Positions 62,065 through 64,000 of a DNA stretch of 64,000 nucleotides are shown one piece after another. Each line of letters starts with the position of its first letter. Position 1 is the stretch's first letter. Origin of the DNA: Promethearchaeota archaeon (lineage in GTDB: Archaea; Asgardarchaeota; Lokiarchaeia; Sigyniarchaeales; SOKP01). The notes beneath the pieces were generated by a model. It was not told the origin of the DNA. It saw only the letters and a program-made list of their open reading frames with translations, and did no database searches. The stretch covers positions 64,001 to 128,000 of the forward strand of contig JBHLOC010000001.1 of NCBI GenBank assembly GCA_048940925.1, in the 5' to 3' direction. A program made the translations under genes and the position numbers.

Positions 62065-62844
62065 TTGAAAATAAATGAATTATTTTTTGAATTATCAAAT
62101 GAAGAGAGATTTAAGATATTTAAATCTCTATTTAATGAAAGTAAACGTCATAATCAAATAGAAAAAGAGTTGGGTATTCGAGGATCTGAAGTTTCCCGTC
62201 ATTTAAAGAGACTTATAAAGGAAGATTTAGTTGAAAAAGATATCTATAATAAATATGATATTACTAATATAGGTAGAATTTTCCTGCAGATATTAGATCT
62301 CCTTAAAATATTTTTAAAGTTTAAAAATTATTTTAATAGTCATAATGTTTATGAACTCCCATTCTATGTAACTCTGCAGCTAGGGGATTTAAAAACTCTT
62401 AAAATTAACAAAGGTACTATGCAAAATATAGAATTATGGGCACAATTGATTAAAGATTCAGAAAAGTTTATATTAGCGATTTCAGATCAATTTCAAGATT
62501 CAATTCTACCTATAGTAGAAAAGAAGATAAATAATATTTCAATTAATATCCGGGCAATAATAGATGAAACTGTTTTAAAATCAAAAGGCTATGAGAAATT
62601 AGAAGATCGCCATGCTTTTTATCGAAAGTTAAATATAGCAGAGAATATTAAAGTTTTGACTCACATTGATTTCTCTCTTTTAGTTTCTGATAAAGGAGCC
62701 ATTATATTTTTGAAAAGAGAAGGAAAAATTGACTACAGTGAATGTTTATATGATGATATTGAAACTTTTATTAATTGGGCAATCAACCTATTTGAATGGT
62801 ATTGGAAAAAAGGTAAAGATATAAAACCTTTTATAAAGAAATGA
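62065..62844 (+). CDS. ArsR-type wHTH regulator with a DUF1724-like C-terminal domain
   Basis: ELSNEERFKI...VSRHLKRL; WAINLFEWYW. Confidence 0.82.
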   Translation: MKINELFFELSNEERFKIFKSLFNESKRHNQIEKELGIRGSEVSRHLKRLIKEDLVEKDIYNKYDITNIGRIFLQILDLLKIFLKFKNYFNSHNVYELPFYVTLQLGDLKTLKINKGTMQNIELWAQLIKDSEKFILAISDQFQDSILPIVEKKINNISINIRAIIDETVLKSKGYEKLEDRHAFYRKLNIAENIKVLTHIDFSLLVSDKGAIIFLKREGKIDYSECLYDDIETFINWAINLFEWYWKKGKDIKPFIKK

Positions 62845-62853
62845 AATAACTAG

Positions 62854-64000
62854 TTATAAATAATCTAATTTCTTTTTCAAATTTTTCCACTCCGTATAAA
62901 TCTTGTTGTAATCCTCCGCAATAGAAGAATTAGCCAAATGTTTTTCAAAATTTATTAACTCATTTACAATAGTTTTATAATTAGAATATAATTTCAAACC
63001 TACTAATACATTCATAGCACATCCTATAAATGCTGATTCTTTAATGACGGGGACATATAATTCTTTATTCAAAATATTTGTTAAAATAGTACAAATCTCC
63101 TTTGATTTAGTTAAACCCCCCGATGTAAATATTTTCACAGTTGAATCGGTAAAGTTATATAAAGCTTGAACGTTTTCTAATACTCCAAAACAAATATTTT
63201 CAATACAGCTCCTAGCAAAATTTTGTATTTTTGGTAAATCTTCACCAATCATACTGGGGGGCTGAAAAACAAAAATTCCCCTCTTAATTGAAGTCATATC
63301 TTTAAAAGTCATAAATTCAGGTCCTAAGAAAGCATATGTTGAACCCGCTCCAGGTTTACTATTATGTAAGTAAGTATCCATTAAGTCATTACCATTTACT
63401 AAGTTGCTATGTAGAAATGCATCTTTAAACCAATCATAAACTCTACCTGCACTTCCCGTATTTGCCTCAATTAGCCATTTATCATCTATGATGTGGCATT
63501 CTGTCCAAAAGTTTAACTCAGTGTCAAATATAGGTTTATTTACAACTAAATGAACTGGTGCTGTTGTGCCTAAAGTTATCCCTATATTTCCATTTTCAAT
63601 TACACCCATACCTATTAAATTTGCTTGAGTATCCCCACAACCTTTAACGACGGGAATTTCAGTTTGTTTTAAACCATATTCCTTAATTAGTTCTGACTTT
63701 AAATTTCCTATAACAGTTCCAGGGTTCACAATTTCAGGAAATAAATCATTATTAAAATTAAATGCATTGATAATTTCTGAACTCCATATTTTTTTATTTA
63801 CATCAAATAGCTGAGATTCACCGACAGATGTATAATCAGAATAACATTTTCCTGTAAGTTTATATCCAATCCAATCATCAAGCATCAAAATTTTACTAAT
63901 TTGTTTAAATTTATCTTCCCTCTCTTCTTGAAACCATAATAAACGAGCTAATATAAACATAACAGAAGGATTATGCCCTGTAATTTTAAAAAGTTCCTCT
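62854..64000 (-). CDS. FGGY family carbohydrate kinase (N-terminus outside the window)
   Basis: DWIGYKLTG, GDTQA, TLGTT, SGG, ESAFIG; frame open to the window end. Confidence 0.9.
   Translation of the reverse strand, partial: EELFKITGHNPSVMFILARLLWFQEEREDKFKQISKILMLDDWIGYKLTGKCYSDYTSVGESQLFDVNKKIWSSEIINAFNFNNDLFPEIVNPGTVIGNLKSELIKEYGLKQTEIPVVKGCGDTQANLIGMGVIENGNIGITLGTTAPVHLVVNKPIFDTELNFWTECHIIDDKWLIEANTGSAGRVYDWFKDAFLHSNLVNGNDLMDTYLHNSKPGAGSTYAFLGPEFMTFKDMTSIKRGIFVFQPPSMIGEDLPKIQNFARSCIENICFGVLENVQALYNFTDSTVKIFTSGGLTKSKEICTILTNILNKELYVPVIKESAFIGCAMNVLVGLKLYSNYKTIVNELINFEKHLANSSIAEDYNKIYTEWKNLKKKLDYL

Overview
AT-rich window from an Asgard archaeon, most consistent with Lokiarchaeia. The assignment rests on a eukaryote-like actin (Lokiactin), two Rab/Ras-like small GTPases, a roadblock/LC7 protein, an LRR protein, archaeal EF-1beta, Rpo6 and Hef, and GGTGA Shine-Dalgarno motifs. 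The dominant feature is a ~13.9 kb, 12-gene hdrC-hdrB-frhB-hdrA'-hdrA''-mvhD-hdrA-flxD-flxC-flxB-flxA-frhB electron-bifurcation cluster with no hydrogenase or formate dehydrogenase catalytic subunit. Other content includes mutL, iorAB, lpdA, tldD/pmbA, purB/purM, nadC, dinB, a tRNA-Val(CAC) with a non-canonical intron, and a right-hand sugar or sugar-acid catabolism region. The most unusual signals are: a duplicated ~125-nt non-coding element whose anti-SD core is complementary to the RBS of a neighbouring gene; a 10x GATC cluster upstream of the hdr operon; a DHDPS/APH fusion with catalytic residues lost in both domains; and a hef gene whose conserved N-terminus has no canonical start codon. 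No CRISPR array, rRNA or recognisable IS element was seen. Family assignments come from motif recognition, not database searches.
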